Source: Acidimicrobiia bacterium (GTDB lineage: Bacteria > Actinomycetota > Acidimicrobiia > Spongiisociales > ZC4RG35). From it: a stretch of 64,000 nt of DNA. The DNA is taken from assembly GCA_965203555.1 (NCBI GenBank), contig CBDBCY010000004.1, positions 2,272,001 through 2,336,000 on the forward strand. The letters are read 5' to 3'. The translations under genes and the position numbers were made by a program. Below are positions 38,415-47,846 of this stretch, in pieces (within the stretch, counting starts at the first letter, position 1; every line of letters begins with the position of its first letter). The notes beneath the pieces are model-generated. The model worked only from the letters and a program-made list of their open reading frames with translations. It made no database searches and had not been told where the DNA came from.

Positions 38415-39319
38415 TCGGAAGGGCCGACACGGCGAGGGAAAACCTCCGCCAAGACCGGTACGGATTCCTGCGCTGGCGACTCCTCCCTCAACCGGGCTGG
38501 GAGCAGTGGTGGGACCGGATCGTGGTTCCTGGGGGAATCAAGCAGCGGTTGGACGACTACACCCGGCAGGCGATCCGTCTGCGGGCCAGGTTCACGCAGG
38601 TGGGAATGCCGCTGCACGGCTTGGTTCTTCTCTACGGTCCGCCAGGAACCGGGAAGACCTCCCTCGCCAAGGGCCTGGCCAACCGTTTGGGTCAGCATCG
38701 CGGCCAGATCATCTTCGCCGAGGTGGATGCCCACGCCATGCCGTCGCAGATGTTGGGGGAGAGCCAACGCAATGTGGCGAATCTGCTCGAGAAGTCAATT
38801 CCGGAGTTGGCCGCCAAGGAACTGCCGGTGGTGGTGTTGATCGACGAGGTGACCTCGGTGGCGGTCAACCGGCAGATGGCGATGGGAGGCACCGATCCGG
38901 TGGATGTGATCCGCGCCACTGACGCCGCGCTCCAGGGGTTGGACCGTCTGGCCTCCGATCATCCCAACGTCCTGCTGGTTGCCACCTCCAACCTGGAGGG
39001 GGCCATCGATGAGGCGGTCCTGAGCCGGGTGGATCTGGCGGTCGAGATCGCGGTTCCCGACCGGGGTGCGAGAGTGCAAATCCTGTCGGACAGCCTGTCC
39101 GAACTGGCTTCGGTATTCAACTCCCGGGGCGCCGCCGTGGATGTGGACCAGAGTGAACTAAGTGACTTGGCGTCGGATCTGGCAGGACTGTCCGGTCGGC
39201 GGCTGCGCAAGCTGGTGTTCGAAGCCGTGCTGATTGCCGGGGAGTCCGGTCAGACCGGATTGACCGTCGAACATCTTCGAATGGCAACGGATCGTTCGGT
39301 CTCCGGGATTGGGCGATGA
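38411..39319 (+). CDS. AAA+ ATPase of the Pch2/TRIP13 (CBASS Cap6-like) type
   Basis: PLHGLVLLYGPPGTGKTSLAKGLA, VLIDEV, PVDVIRATDAAL, VATSN, AIDEAVLSR, LSGRRLRKL. GTG 38411 overlaps the cupin stop. Confidence 0.8.
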   Translation: MIGRADTARENLRQDRYGFLRWRLLPQPGWEQWWDRIVVPGGIKQRLDDYTRQAIRLRARFTQVGMPLHGLVLLYGPPGTGKTSLAKGLANRLGQHRGQIIFAEVDAHAMPSQMLGESQRNVANLLEKSIPELAAKELPVVVLIDEVTSVAVNRQMAMGGTDPVDVIRATDAALQGLDRLASDHPNVLLVATSNLEGAIDEAVLSRVDLAVEIAVPDRGARVQILSDSLSELASVFNSRGAAVDVDQSELSDLASDLAGLSGRRLRKLVFEAVLIAGESGQTGLTVEHLRMATDRSVSGIGR

Positions 39320-40611
39320 TGACGGCGGTGGTCGGCAAGGTGCTGGATCGCATCGACCAGTCCCGGGAGGATCTCGCAGAATTGGCGCTGCGGCTGGGCA
39401 ACACCTACGGCCCGCTGGGAAACGAGGAGCCGACCGCCCGAGCAGTACACGAGTGGTACCGGGAAAACGGGATGGAAAGCCATCTGGTCCCCATGATCGA
39501 AGGTCGGGCCTGCGCAGTGGGACGAGTGCCGGGGGCGGGAGGAGGAAAGTCTCTGATCTTCAATGCTCACCTCGACACGGAAGCATCGGGGCCCGATTTC
39601 GATCTACTGATGGAAGCGCCGGATCCCAACCGGGTTGGCGCCCGCCGGGAAGGGGACCGCATATACGGACACACCGTCCAGAACGATCGGGGTTGCATGG
39701 CCGTGCAGATGATCGCCGGAAGGGCGCTGCTCGGCGCGGGAGCGCCTCTGCGGGGAGACCTGCTGCTCAAGTCGGCGGCAGGGGAGACCGGATCGGCCCC
39801 GGTGGACGAATACCAGGGGCTGCGTTACGAGTCGAAGGGGTTCGGCACCAACTGGCTGCTGGAACACGGCTACGCCGCCGACTACGCCGTCATTGCCGAG
39901 ACCACCGATTTTTCCGCATCGTGGGTTCAATGCGGCGCCGCATACTTCAAAATCACCGTTCGGGGCCGGAACATGTACACCCCGCGCCTGCAAAGACCGG
40001 CCGATTTTTCCGCCCATCCCAACGCCATCGTGCGGGCCGCGGCCCTGATCGGTGCGCTGGAGGAGTGGGCGATTGAGTATGAGAAGTCCCGGACAGTGGA
40101 AACTGCATGCGGCATGATGCGGCCCAAGTCCCAGATAGGGGCTATCAGAGGCGGGATCCCATGGCGGCCCAACCGCTCCTCCACCTATGCCGCCCTTTAC
40201 ATGGATGTGCGGACCCGTCCCGGAGACGACATCTCCGAGATAACTGCTTCCCTCCGCAACGCCATCTCCGCCACCGGGTTGGAGGCCGAACTTCGGCTGA
40301 TCATGTTCAAGCCCGGCTACGCCGCCTCCCAAGCTGCAATAGACCCGCTGTTGCGCGCCATCGCCGATTCGCACCGGTTCGTTCGGGGAGTGGATATGCC
40401 CGAACGCGCCGAATCGGCGGTGGTCTCGATGTGGCGAGATACCAACGTGTACAACCGGGTTGGAATTCCCGCCCTCACTTTCGGACCCAGCCGCGGGCAG
40501 GCTGCCGTGCAGGGGACCGGTTACATGCATCTGGACAATATGTTGGAGGGAGCCAAAATCTACGCTCTTACCGCCCTTTCTATCTGTGCCGGGGTTTCGC
40601 CCCCCTTGTGA
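39316..40611 (+). CDS. M20/ArgE-DapE family metallo-amidohydrolase
   Basis: FNAHLDT, QNDRG, AGETG, VIAE, ALTFGP. Confidence 0.82.
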   Translation: MMTAVVGKVLDRIDQSREDLAELALRLGNTYGPLGNEEPTARAVHEWYRENGMESHLVPMIEGRACAVGRVPGAGGGKSLIFNAHLDTEASGPDFDLLMEAPDPNRVGARREGDRIYGHTVQNDRGCMAVQMIAGRALLGAGAPLRGDLLLKSAAGETGSAPVDEYQGLRYESKGFGTNWLLEHGYAADYAVIAETTDFSASWVQCGAAYFKITVRGRNMYTPRLQRPADFSAHPNAIVRAAALIGALEEWAIEYEKSRTVETACGMMRPKSQIGAIRGGIPWRPNRSSTYAALYMDVRTRPGDDISEITASLRNAISATGLEAELRLIMFKPGYAASQAAIDPLLRAIADSHRFVRGVDMPERAESAVVSMWRDTNVYNRVGIPALTFGPSRGQAAVQGTGYMHLDNMLEGAKIYALTALSICAGVSPPL

Positions 40612-41798
40612 CTTCGTCTTCTCCGGTCAGATCACCGCTTCGGTATGAGTGGATGGCCCATCTGGGTGGAATGGCGGTCATCACCGGGGTTCAACTGATC
40701 TCTCCCGCCCTTCCCGCCCTCGCCGAACGATTCGCCCTTTCAGAGTCCGAAGTCTCTTTGGTGATCAGCATCTATTTGGTCCCCGCCGCCTTGGCGTCGG
40801 TGCCGGCGGGGTTTCTGGCCGACCGGTTCGGAAGACGGTGGGTCTTCGGCGCCGGCCTGTGTCTGTTCGGCCTGGCGGGGGTGCTTCTGCCTGTGGTGGC
40901 GCAAGAGTCCTTCGGAGCCCTACTGGTAATCAGGTTCATGCAGGGATTGGGATTCGCGCCGGCCTTTCCCCTCACCATCACCATCCTGGGCGATCTGTAC
41001 AAGGGTCCGAGACTGGTTGGCGCGCTGGGACGGCGGTCGGTTCTGATGTCGGTGGCCGACGGCGGCTATCCCATCCTGGGCGGGATCCTGGTGGGCCTTT
41101 CCTGGCTGGCGCCATGGTATCTGCAGGCTCTGGCTCTTCCGATCGGTCTGGTGGTGCTGTTGACCTTTCGGGACTGGGTGCCGCTGGGCAGTCGGGGTGG
41201 CATGGGCGGTATGCGATGGCTCTGGCGCTCGGTGCGTTCCAAGGGCATCCTGTCCCTCCACTACGTGGGTTTTCTCCGGTTCTTCGTCAAGTTCGCTTTG
41301 CTCTCCTACCTCCCGCTGCTGCTGGTGATATCCCGGGACATGACAGCAGCCCAAGCCGGTCTGATACTGGGCACGGCCGCTCTGTGCGGGACCTTGGGAG
41401 CAGCCATGAGCGCAGTGTTGGCCCGCCTCGGCCCGGCGTCCCGGTGGGTCATTGCGGGAATGGTCGTGCAGGGCCTGGGATTGGTGGTGATGGCCTTTGC
41501 GACCCGACTCTGGGTTCTGATGACGGTTGCGGTGATTTACGGGCTGGCCGACGGCGTCCTGGGCACGTTTGTCAACGCTTACCTGGCGTCGGCCACCGAC
41601 CCTGAGCACCGGGCCAGTCTGGTGGCCGCCAATGGGGCCATTAAGAATTTTGGAAAGCTCCTAGCGCCCATCCTGTTGGGGATGATGGTGTTGGTGATGC
41701 CTCTGTCGGTGGGGTTCGCGATTGTGGCGGTCGTGTTGGTCGTCTCGGCCCCGACGGCCGGCCCTCTCCGAGCCTACGACTCCAGGATTTCAAGGTGA
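40608..41798 (+). CDS. MFS transporter
   Basis: About 12 TM segments, motif A GFLADRFGRR; GTG 40608 overlaps the M20 stop. Confidence 0.88.
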   Translation: MTSSSPVRSPLRYEWMAHLGGMAVITGVQLISPALPALAERFALSESEVSLVISIYLVPAALASVPAGFLADRFGRRWVFGAGLCLFGLAGVLLPVVAQESFGALLVIRFMQGLGFAPAFPLTITILGDLYKGPRLVGALGRRSVLMSVADGGYPILGGILVGLSWLAPWYLQALALPIGLVVLLTFRDWVPLGSRGGMGGMRWLWRSVRSKGILSLHYVGFLRFFVKFALLSYLPLLLVISRDMTAAQAGLILGTAALCGTLGAAMSAVLARLGPASRWVIAGMVVQGLGLVVMAFATRLWVLMTVAVIYGLADGVLGTFVNAYLASATDPEHRASLVAANGAIKNFGKLLAPILLGMMVLVMPLSVGFAIVAVVLVVSAPTAGPLRAYDSRISR

Positions 41799-41921
41799 GA
41801 GGGCCTTTTACGGCCCTGGCCCCGCCGAATAGGATACAATAGCCAATTTGAATCGCAGGCCGGGCGACGGCCTCCAAGTTGGACAAGGAAGAAAACAAGT
41901 AAACGAGCAAAGGAGAGAACA

Positions 41922-43982
41922 GTGCGAAAAAGATCTTGGCTATCGGCCTTGGTCGTGCTTATGGCCTTGGCGTTGATCACGGCTGCCTGTGGCGATGATG
42001 ACGAAGTCGCTGAAACGACCCAGGCGCCGACAACCACGGCGCCGCCGGCGGAGACTCCTGCGGAGGAACCTGCCGATGAACCGGCTGAAGAGCCCGCCGC
42101 AGAGCCCGAGGACATGGGCTGGGCGCCGAGTGGTGATGTGACGTGGATTGTGCCTTATAACCCTGGTGGTGGTTTTGATACTTACAGTCGGGGTTTGGCG
42201 CAGGTGTTGTCCGAGGGTGGTTTCCTGCCTGATGGTGTGACGGTGGTGGTGGAGAACATCACTCCGATCCAGCAGGGGGTTGCTGCGATGTTCAATGGTG
42301 ATCCTGATGGTCACACGATGGGTATTTTGCCGATGCCGGCTGCGATTGCCCAGGAGTTGATCAATCCGGAGATTTCTCCGTGGTCGACCGGGGAGTTCAC
42401 GGTGTTGGGTTCCATTGAGGAGAATGCCTACGTGTTGTATGTGGCTGCTGATGGTCCTTATCAGTCGATTGATGATTTGATGGGGGCTTCGGGGTTGAAT
42501 TCGTTGACGGTGGAGCGTGGTTCTTCGTCTTCGATCGCCAATGTGGTTGCCAGTGGCGCGTTGGGTTTGGATGCTCAGATCAACTTCGGCGCGGAGGGTT
42601 CTGAGGAGGCTGCGACTGCTTTGATCCGGGGTGATGTTGATTACATCGTTTATGGGACTACCGATTTGGTTGGTTTCATGGATTCTGGTGATTTGCGGGC
42701 GTTGTTGTTCCTGGGTACCGAGGATCAGCGTCCGGAGGCTTTGACCTGGTTGGCTGATGTTCCGAGCATCGCCGATGTCGGTTATCCGGAGGCTGCCGGT
42801 TCGGTGACCGAGTTGCGTGCGGTGGTGATGCCGCCCGGCCTGGACGACGAAGTAGCCGAATACTGGAGGAACACCCTGTACGAGGCGATGACTTCCGACG
42901 ATTTCGCCGCCTGGTCAGAAGAGGCCGGCCGGCCCATCATCCCCCGCGATGCGGAATCGGCCCGTGGCGTGATGGCCGCCCAGGTCGACACCATGAGAGC
43001 TCTCGATCCCGACCTGGTGGCGCAGTTGCGCTCCGAAGGAGCCGCGGCTGCTCCGAGTTGGGCGCCGAGTGGTGATGTGACGTGGATTGTGCCTTATAAC
43101 CCTGGTGGTGGTTTTGATACTTACAGTCGGGGTTTGGCGCAGGTGTTGTCCGAGGGTGGTTTCCTGCCTGATGGTGTGACGGTGGTGGTGGAGAACATCA
43201 CTCCGATCCAGCAGGGGGTTGCTGCGATGTTCAATGGTGATCCTGATGGTCACACGATGGGTATTTTGCCGATGCCGGCTGCGATTGCCCAGGAGTTGAT
43301 CAATCCGGAGATTTCTCCGTGGTCGACCGGGGAGTTCACGGTGTTGGGTTCCATTGAGGAGAATGCCTACGTGTTGTATGTGGCTGCTGATGGTCCTTAT
43401 CAGTCGATTGATGATTTGATGGGGGCTTCGGGGTTGAATTCGTTGACGGTGGAGCGTGGTTCTTCGTCTTCGATCGCCAATGTGGTTGCCAGTGGCGCGT
43501 TGGGTTTGGATGCTCAGATCAACTTCGGCGCGGAGGGTTCTGAGGAGGCTGCGACTGCTTTGATCCGGGGTGATGTTGATTACATCGTTTATGGGACTAC
43601 CGATTTGGTTGGTTTCATGGATTCTGGTGATTTGCGGGCGTTGTTGTTCCTGGGTACCGAGGATCAGCGTCCGGAGGCTTTGACCTGGTTGGCTGATGTT
43701 CCGAGCATCGCCGATGTCGGTTATCCGGAGGCTGCCGGTTCGGTGACCGAGTTGCGTGCGGTGGTGATGCCGCCCGGCCTGGACGACGAAGTAGCCGAAT
43801 ACTGGAAGCGGACTTTGATCACCGCCATGATGTCGGATGATTTCGCCGCCTGGTCAGAAGAAGCAGGCCGGCCCATCATCCCGCGTGGCGCCGAGTCCGC
43901 CAAGAACGTGATGGCCGCCCAGGTCGACACGATGAAGGCCCTGGATCCCGATCTGGTGGCGCAGTTGCGCTCCGAGGGATAA
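41922..43982 (+). CDS. tctC: Tripartite tricarboxylate transporter substrate-binding lipoprotein (TctC/Bug) with two tandem domains
   Basis: Lipobox ITAAC; WIVPYNPGGGFDTYSR (Bug PxxxGGxxD motif), PDGHTM, LADVPSIADVG each present twice. Confidence 0.85.
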   Translation: MRKRSWLSALVVLMALALITAACGDDDEVAETTQAPTTTAPPAETPAEEPADEPAEEPAAEPEDMGWAPSGDVTWIVPYNPGGGFDTYSRGLAQVLSEGGFLPDGVTVVVENITPIQQGVAAMFNGDPDGHTMGILPMPAAIAQELINPEISPWSTGEFTVLGSIEENAYVLYVAADGPYQSIDDLMGASGLNSLTVERGSSSSIANVVASGALGLDAQINFGAEGSEEAATALIRGDVDYIVYGTTDLVGFMDSGDLRALLFLGTEDQRPEALTWLADVPSIADVGYPEAAGSVTELRAVVMPPGLDDEVAEYWRNTLYEAMTSDDFAAWSEEAGRPIIPRDAESARGVMAAQVDTMRALDPDLVAQLRSEGAAAAPSWAPSGDVTWIVPYNPGGGFDTYSRGLAQVLSEGGFLPDGVTVVVENITPIQQGVAAMFNGDPDGHTMGILPMPAAIAQELINPEISPWSTGEFTVLGSIEENAYVLYVAADGPYQSIDDLMGASGLNSLTVERGSSSSIANVVASGALGLDAQINFGAEGSEEAATALIRGDVDYIVYGTTDLVGFMDSGDLRALLFLGTEDQRPEALTWLADVPSIADVGYPEAAGSVTELRAVVMPPGLDDEVAEYWKRTLITAMMSDDFAAWSEEAGRPIIPRGAESAKNVMAAQVDTMKALDPDLVAQLRSEG
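42120..43806. repeat. Intragenic direct repeat: 748-bp apparently identical core (42120-42867 / 43059-43806), period 939 bp, followed by diverged ~170-bp tails
   Basis: Read by eye; identical translations up to EVAEYW, then RNTLYEAMTS versus KRTLITAMMS. Confidence 0.9.
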
Positions 43983-44076
43983 CCGAATAACGAAGTAGAG
44001 GTGTTGCCGAGGAGATGGCCGGGCCTGCAAACCCGGTCGTCTCCTCCACACCCGATGAGACAAGATCCGAGAGTAA

Positions 44077-46110
44077 ATGACACTTCTTGAGGGACTGACC
44101 TCCGCCGCCGATCTCCTGCTCAGTTGGCCGTTGCTGTTGTTCTTTTTGCTGGGAACGCTCAACGGCCTGGTATTTGGCATCCTTCCCGGCTTGAGCGGGT
44201 CGGTGGGAATCGCATTGATGATCCCTCTCACCTTCGGGATCGACATTTCGGAGGCGATCGTGTTGTTTACCGCCGCCCTGTCCGGGCAGACTTTCGCAGG
44301 TTCCATCACGGCCATACTGCTGAACACACCCGGGACCGCGCCCAATGCGGCCACTACCTTCGATGGCTATCAACTCTCCCGCCAGGGTAAGGCCGGGTAT
44401 GCCCTGGGGATATCGGCCATGGCGTCGTCGCTCGGTTCCCTGGTGGGCGTGGTAGTGCTGGTGGGTTTGCTGCCGGCGGTGAGAGTGTTCATACTCTCCT
44501 TCTCCTACCCCGAATTCATGCTGCTGGCATTGATGGGCCTGGCCGCCATCGCCGCGGCTTCCCGGGGGTCGCTCATCAAAGGGCTGATCGCCGGAGGGGT
44601 GGGAGTCATGCTGTCCTTCGTGGGACTGGGATCGTGGGGTCAGCGATATGTATTCAACTCTTTGAGCCTGATTGACGGGGTGGACGTGATTGCGGTGTTG
44701 ATCGGGCTGTTCGCCATCTCCGAGGTGGTGCGACTTCTGAAGCAGAACCGCCCCATCTCCCGGGTCGGGGACATGCCGCTTGACCGCTCGCAGGTCTGGC
44801 AGGGTATGTGGTACGTAATCAAAAAGCCGTTCCTGCTGATCCGCAGCGCCCTGGTGGGCACCGGTCTGGGGATCGTCCCGGCGGTGGGAGGGACGGTTGC
44901 ATCCTTCATGGCCTACTACCAGGCTATGCACACCACCAAGGACGGCAAGTTCGGGCAGGGCGATCCCAGAGGCGTGCTGGCGCCCGAAGCCGCCAACGAC
45001 GGAAAGGACGCCGGTGCGGCGCTTCCCACCCTGGCCTTCGGTCTGCCGGGCAGCTCCGACTGGGCGATCATCCTGGGCGCCATGGTGCTCTACGGGGTGG
45101 TGCCGGGACCGAATCTGTTGCGGGAGCGCCCCGATATCGTCTGGATTGCCATCATCGTCATCCTGGCCGCATCCTGGGTCACCTCGGCGATCGGTATAGC
45201 TGCTTCCCGCTGGCTGGTGCCGGTAACCAAGGTGCGGCCGTCCCTCCTGGCGCCGATCGTGGCGGTTTTGGCGCTGGTGGGGTCATTCGGACTGGAGCGG
45301 CAGTTCGTGGATGTCATATTCACCGTGGGGTTCGGCATCCTGGGCTATTACATGAAGATCCACCGGATGCCGGTGGTGCCGCTCATCCTGGGTCTGTTGC
45401 TGGGAGCCGAAGCCGAGCGTTCCTTTCACCTTTCGATGAACCTCTTTGATCAGGGTTTGCTGGTGTTTCTCACCCGGCCCATCTCCCTGGTCCTGCTGGC
45501 GGTGACCGCCTCTCTCCTGATCGGGTCGGTCTGGTCGGTGGCCCGGCGGCGCAAGAAGCTGGGCGGCGAGGCGGAGGTGGCGATCGCCCCCGCCGAGATG
45601 GGACTGGTGGCGTTCATCGGGGCGGTGATGCTGGCCGCCACTCTTTTCTCTTACACGTTCCCCGCCAACGAAGGGCGACTGTTTCCCCAAGTGGTGGGTT
45701 GGGGGACGGTGGCCCTGGTGTTGATTTTCCTGGTGGTGGCCCGAAACCCCGCCCTGCGGTCCCGTTGGGGATATTTCATCAGTGAGGAGCTGATCCATTT
45801 TGACAGGGGTCAGCAGGAGGAGGCGGAAGAGCCGGTCGTTGCCGAGATCGAATCGGACGACGATCAAGCTCGACGGGAGCGGGCCCTGTTGCTGTCGCTG
45901 TTCGGCTTCCTGGCGGTCGCTTGGCTGGCTGGGCTCAACCTGGTGGCGGTGCCGCTGTACGTCCTGGCCTTGATGAGATGGTTCGGGCGGGAGAAGTGGC
46001 GGACCTCGGTCATCGCGGCGCTGGTCACCACGGTCTTGATCTGGTTCATGATCAACTTCATTCTGAGTTCTCCCATTCACTGGGGTCTGCTGCTTGAGCC
46101 CCTTTTCTGA
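44077..46110 (+). CDS. tctA: Tripartite tricarboxylate transporter permease TctA with a fused C-terminal TctB-like region
   Basis: GILPGL, ILLNTPGT, APEAANDG, PTLAFGLPG; about 170 extra aa with four or more TM segments. Confidence 0.85.
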   Translation: MTLLEGLTSAADLLLSWPLLLFFLLGTLNGLVFGILPGLSGSVGIALMIPLTFGIDISEAIVLFTAALSGQTFAGSITAILLNTPGTAPNAATTFDGYQLSRQGKAGYALGISAMASSLGSLVGVVVLVGLLPAVRVFILSFSYPEFMLLALMGLAAIAAASRGSLIKGLIAGGVGVMLSFVGLGSWGQRYVFNSLSLIDGVDVIAVLIGLFAISEVVRLLKQNRPISRVGDMPLDRSQVWQGMWYVIKKPFLLIRSALVGTGLGIVPAVGGTVASFMAYYQAMHTTKDGKFGQGDPRGVLAPEAANDGKDAGAALPTLAFGLPGSSDWAIILGAMVLYGVVPGPNLLRERPDIVWIAIIVILAASWVTSAIGIAASRWLVPVTKVRPSLLAPIVAVLALVGSFGLERQFVDVIFTVGFGILGYYMKIHRMPVVPLILGLLLGAEAERSFHLSMNLFDQGLLVFLTRPISLVLLAVTASLLIGSVWSVARRRKKLGGEAEVAIAPAEMGLVAFIGAVMLAATLFSYTFPANEGRLFPQVVGWGTVALVLIFLVVARNPALRSRWGYFISEELIHFDRGQQEEAEEPVVAEIESDDDQARRERALLLSLFGFLAVAWLAGLNLVAVPLYVLALMRWFGREKWRTSVIAALVTTVLIWFMINFILSSPIHWGLLLEPLF

Positions 46111-46562
46111 TGCCCGCGCAGGAGTTTCGCCGCGAAGTGGTTGTCAATCTGAGCCGTCCCAGAATGTGGGAAGTGCTGTTGGATGTGGAGACGGTGGCCG
46201 GTTGGGTGGGTTTGATCGGTGAGGTGAGAGAGGTTGTTCCTCTTTCACACTATGTGGCGGTGCTCCAGGACCGGGTGGGTCCCTTTCGATTGAGGGCCGA
46301 CCTGGCAATCCTCGTCAAGGAAATGGATCGGGGGTCGAAGGTGGTGCTGGAGGCGGAAGGCGAGGATCGCCAGGTCCGTTCCCGGATAAAGGTGAATCTG
46401 ACCCTCCGTCTGTTCGACACCCCGGAGGACGCCACGGCCTTGCGGCTTCAGGGTCGCTACGAGGTCACCGGACGGGTGGCGACTCTGGGCGCCTCGCTCA
46501 TCAGGCACAAGGCCGAGACCATTTTAAACGAGTTCTGCGCCAGGGCGGCGAAGGCGGCCTAG
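46110..46562 (+). CDS. CoxG/SRPBCC family protein
   Basis: WEVLLD, VGPFR, VTGRVATLGASLI; directly precedes Mo-hydroxylase genes. Confidence 0.8.
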   Translation: MPAQEFRREVVVNLSRPRMWEVLLDVETVAGWVGLIGEVREVVPLSHYVAVLQDRVGPFRLRADLAILVKEMDRGSKVVLEAEGEDRQVRSRIKVNLTLRLFDTPEDATALRLQGRYEVTGRVATLGASLIRHKAETILNEFCARAAKAA

Positions 46563-46563
46563 C

Positions 46564-47358
46564 GTGGGTGTTCTCCCCCCTTTCCGGCTGTTGCGGCCCC
46601 GCACGGTCTCCCAGGCGCTGGCGTGGCTGGACTACGACCGGATGGCGTACGCGGGCGGCACGGAGTTGCTGCTGGCCATGAAGGAGGGTTTGCTGCGTCC
46701 CACCCACCTGGTGGATCTCAAGGGGATCGAGGGGATCGGCTCGGTGGAGGAATCCGGCGGCGAGGTGTCGATCGGGGCCCTGGTGACTCATACGCAGGCC
46801 GCCGATCATCCTGTCGTGCGGGACCGGATACCCGGATTGGCCCCGGTGCTCCGCAGGGTCGGCAACCCCAGGGTGCGATCCACCGGTACCCTGGCCGGCA
46901 ACCTGTGTTTTGCCGAGCCCCGCTCCGACGTGGCCGCGGCGCTGATCGCCCTGGGGGGTGAAGTGGAGATCGCTTCCGAAGGGGGCCGAAGGCGGATGCC
47001 GGTGGAGGATTTCGTGCTGGGTCCTTACACCACCGCATTGGAACCCGGACAAATGCTCACCCGGATCCTTGTTCCGATACGCCCCGATCTGCGGTTCGTA
47101 TATCTAAAACATCAGACCGCCGAGCGGCCCGCCCTGGGAGTGGCGCTGGCCGCCGGTTCGCATGTCTGCACGGTGGTGGGCGCGGTGGGCCTCAGCCCGC
47201 AGGTCTTCAAGTTGGGTTCGGTCTCCGATCTCGACCCAGGCGACATCGCGGGCCGGGTGGAGGTGATCGGGGACCTCACCGGGTCGGAGGAGTACAAAAG
47301 GCACCTGGTGGAGGTGTACCTGGGTCGGGCGGTCGACAGCATGGAGCGTGACCGATGA
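46564..47358 (+). CDS. Molybdenum hydroxylase FAD-binding subunit (CoxM/CutM-like)
   Basis: AGGTELL, RVRSTGTLAGNL. Confidence 0.88.
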   Translation: MGVLPPFRLLRPRTVSQALAWLDYDRMAYAGGTELLLAMKEGLLRPTHLVDLKGIEGIGSVEESGGEVSIGALVTHTQAADHPVVRDRIPGLAPVLRRVGNPRVRSTGTLAGNLCFAEPRSDVAAALIALGGEVEIASEGGRRRMPVEDFVLGPYTTALEPGQMLTRILVPIRPDLRFVYLKHQTAERPALGVALAAGSHVCTVVGAVGLSPQVFKLGSVSDLDPGDIAGRVEVIGDLTGSEEYKRHLVEVYLGRAVDSMERDR

Positions 47359-47846
47359 TCGGGGTGGAGACGGTCGAGATAACCCCGATGGTCAACGGGC
47401 GGGAGATGGTCGTTTCCGTGCCGGTGAGAATGACACTGGCCGAGATGCTGCGGGACCGGTTGGACCTGTTCGGCGTGAAGCTCAGTTGCGAGATGCAGGT
47501 GTGCGGGGTGTGTACCGTTCTGGTCGACGACCAACCGGTGTCCTCCTGCACCCTCCTGGCGGCCGACGTGGATCGAAGACGGGTACTGACCATTGAAGGT
47601 CTGGCGGACGGGGAGCAACTTCATCCCATCCAGCAGGCCTTCGTGGACCACTTTGCGTTGCAATGCGGCTTCTGCACCCCGGGATTCATATTGATGACCA
47701 AGCATCTGCTGGAGCGTTCGCCGGACCCGGGCCCCGATGAGATCGTTGAACACTTCGATGGGAATCTGTGTCGCTGCACCGGCTACGCGCCGATCATCGA
47801 GGCGGTGGCGGATGCGGCCGGCCGTCTGCGGGCCAATCCCTCATGA
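47355..47846 (+). CDS. Molybdenum hydroxylase 2x[2Fe-2S] subunit (CoxS/CutS-like)
   Basis: CEMQVCGVC..SSC, QCGFCTPG, NLCRCTGY. Confidence 0.92.
   Translation: MIGVETVEITPMVNGREMVVSVPVRMTLAEMLRDRLDLFGVKLSCEMQVCGVCTVLVDDQPVSSCTLLAADVDRRRVLTIEGLADGEQLHPIQQAFVDHFALQCGFCTPGFILMTKHLLERSPDPGPDEIVEHFDGNLCRCTGYAPIIEAVADAAGRLRANPS

Noticed and set aside
38411-39319. A complete type III CBASS system
   Set aside because: Only the Trip13-like ATPase is present; no CD-NTase, HORMA or effector gene could be recognised in the window.
40107-40607. N-terminal 167 aa of the 563-aa MFS ORF
   Set aside because: Alternate-frame overlap with the M20 gene; GTG 40608 is the coupled start.
42120-43982. Diversity-generating retroelement template/variable repeat pair
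   Set aside because: Differences between the copies are not adenine-specific, both copies are coding, and no reverse transcriptase is present.
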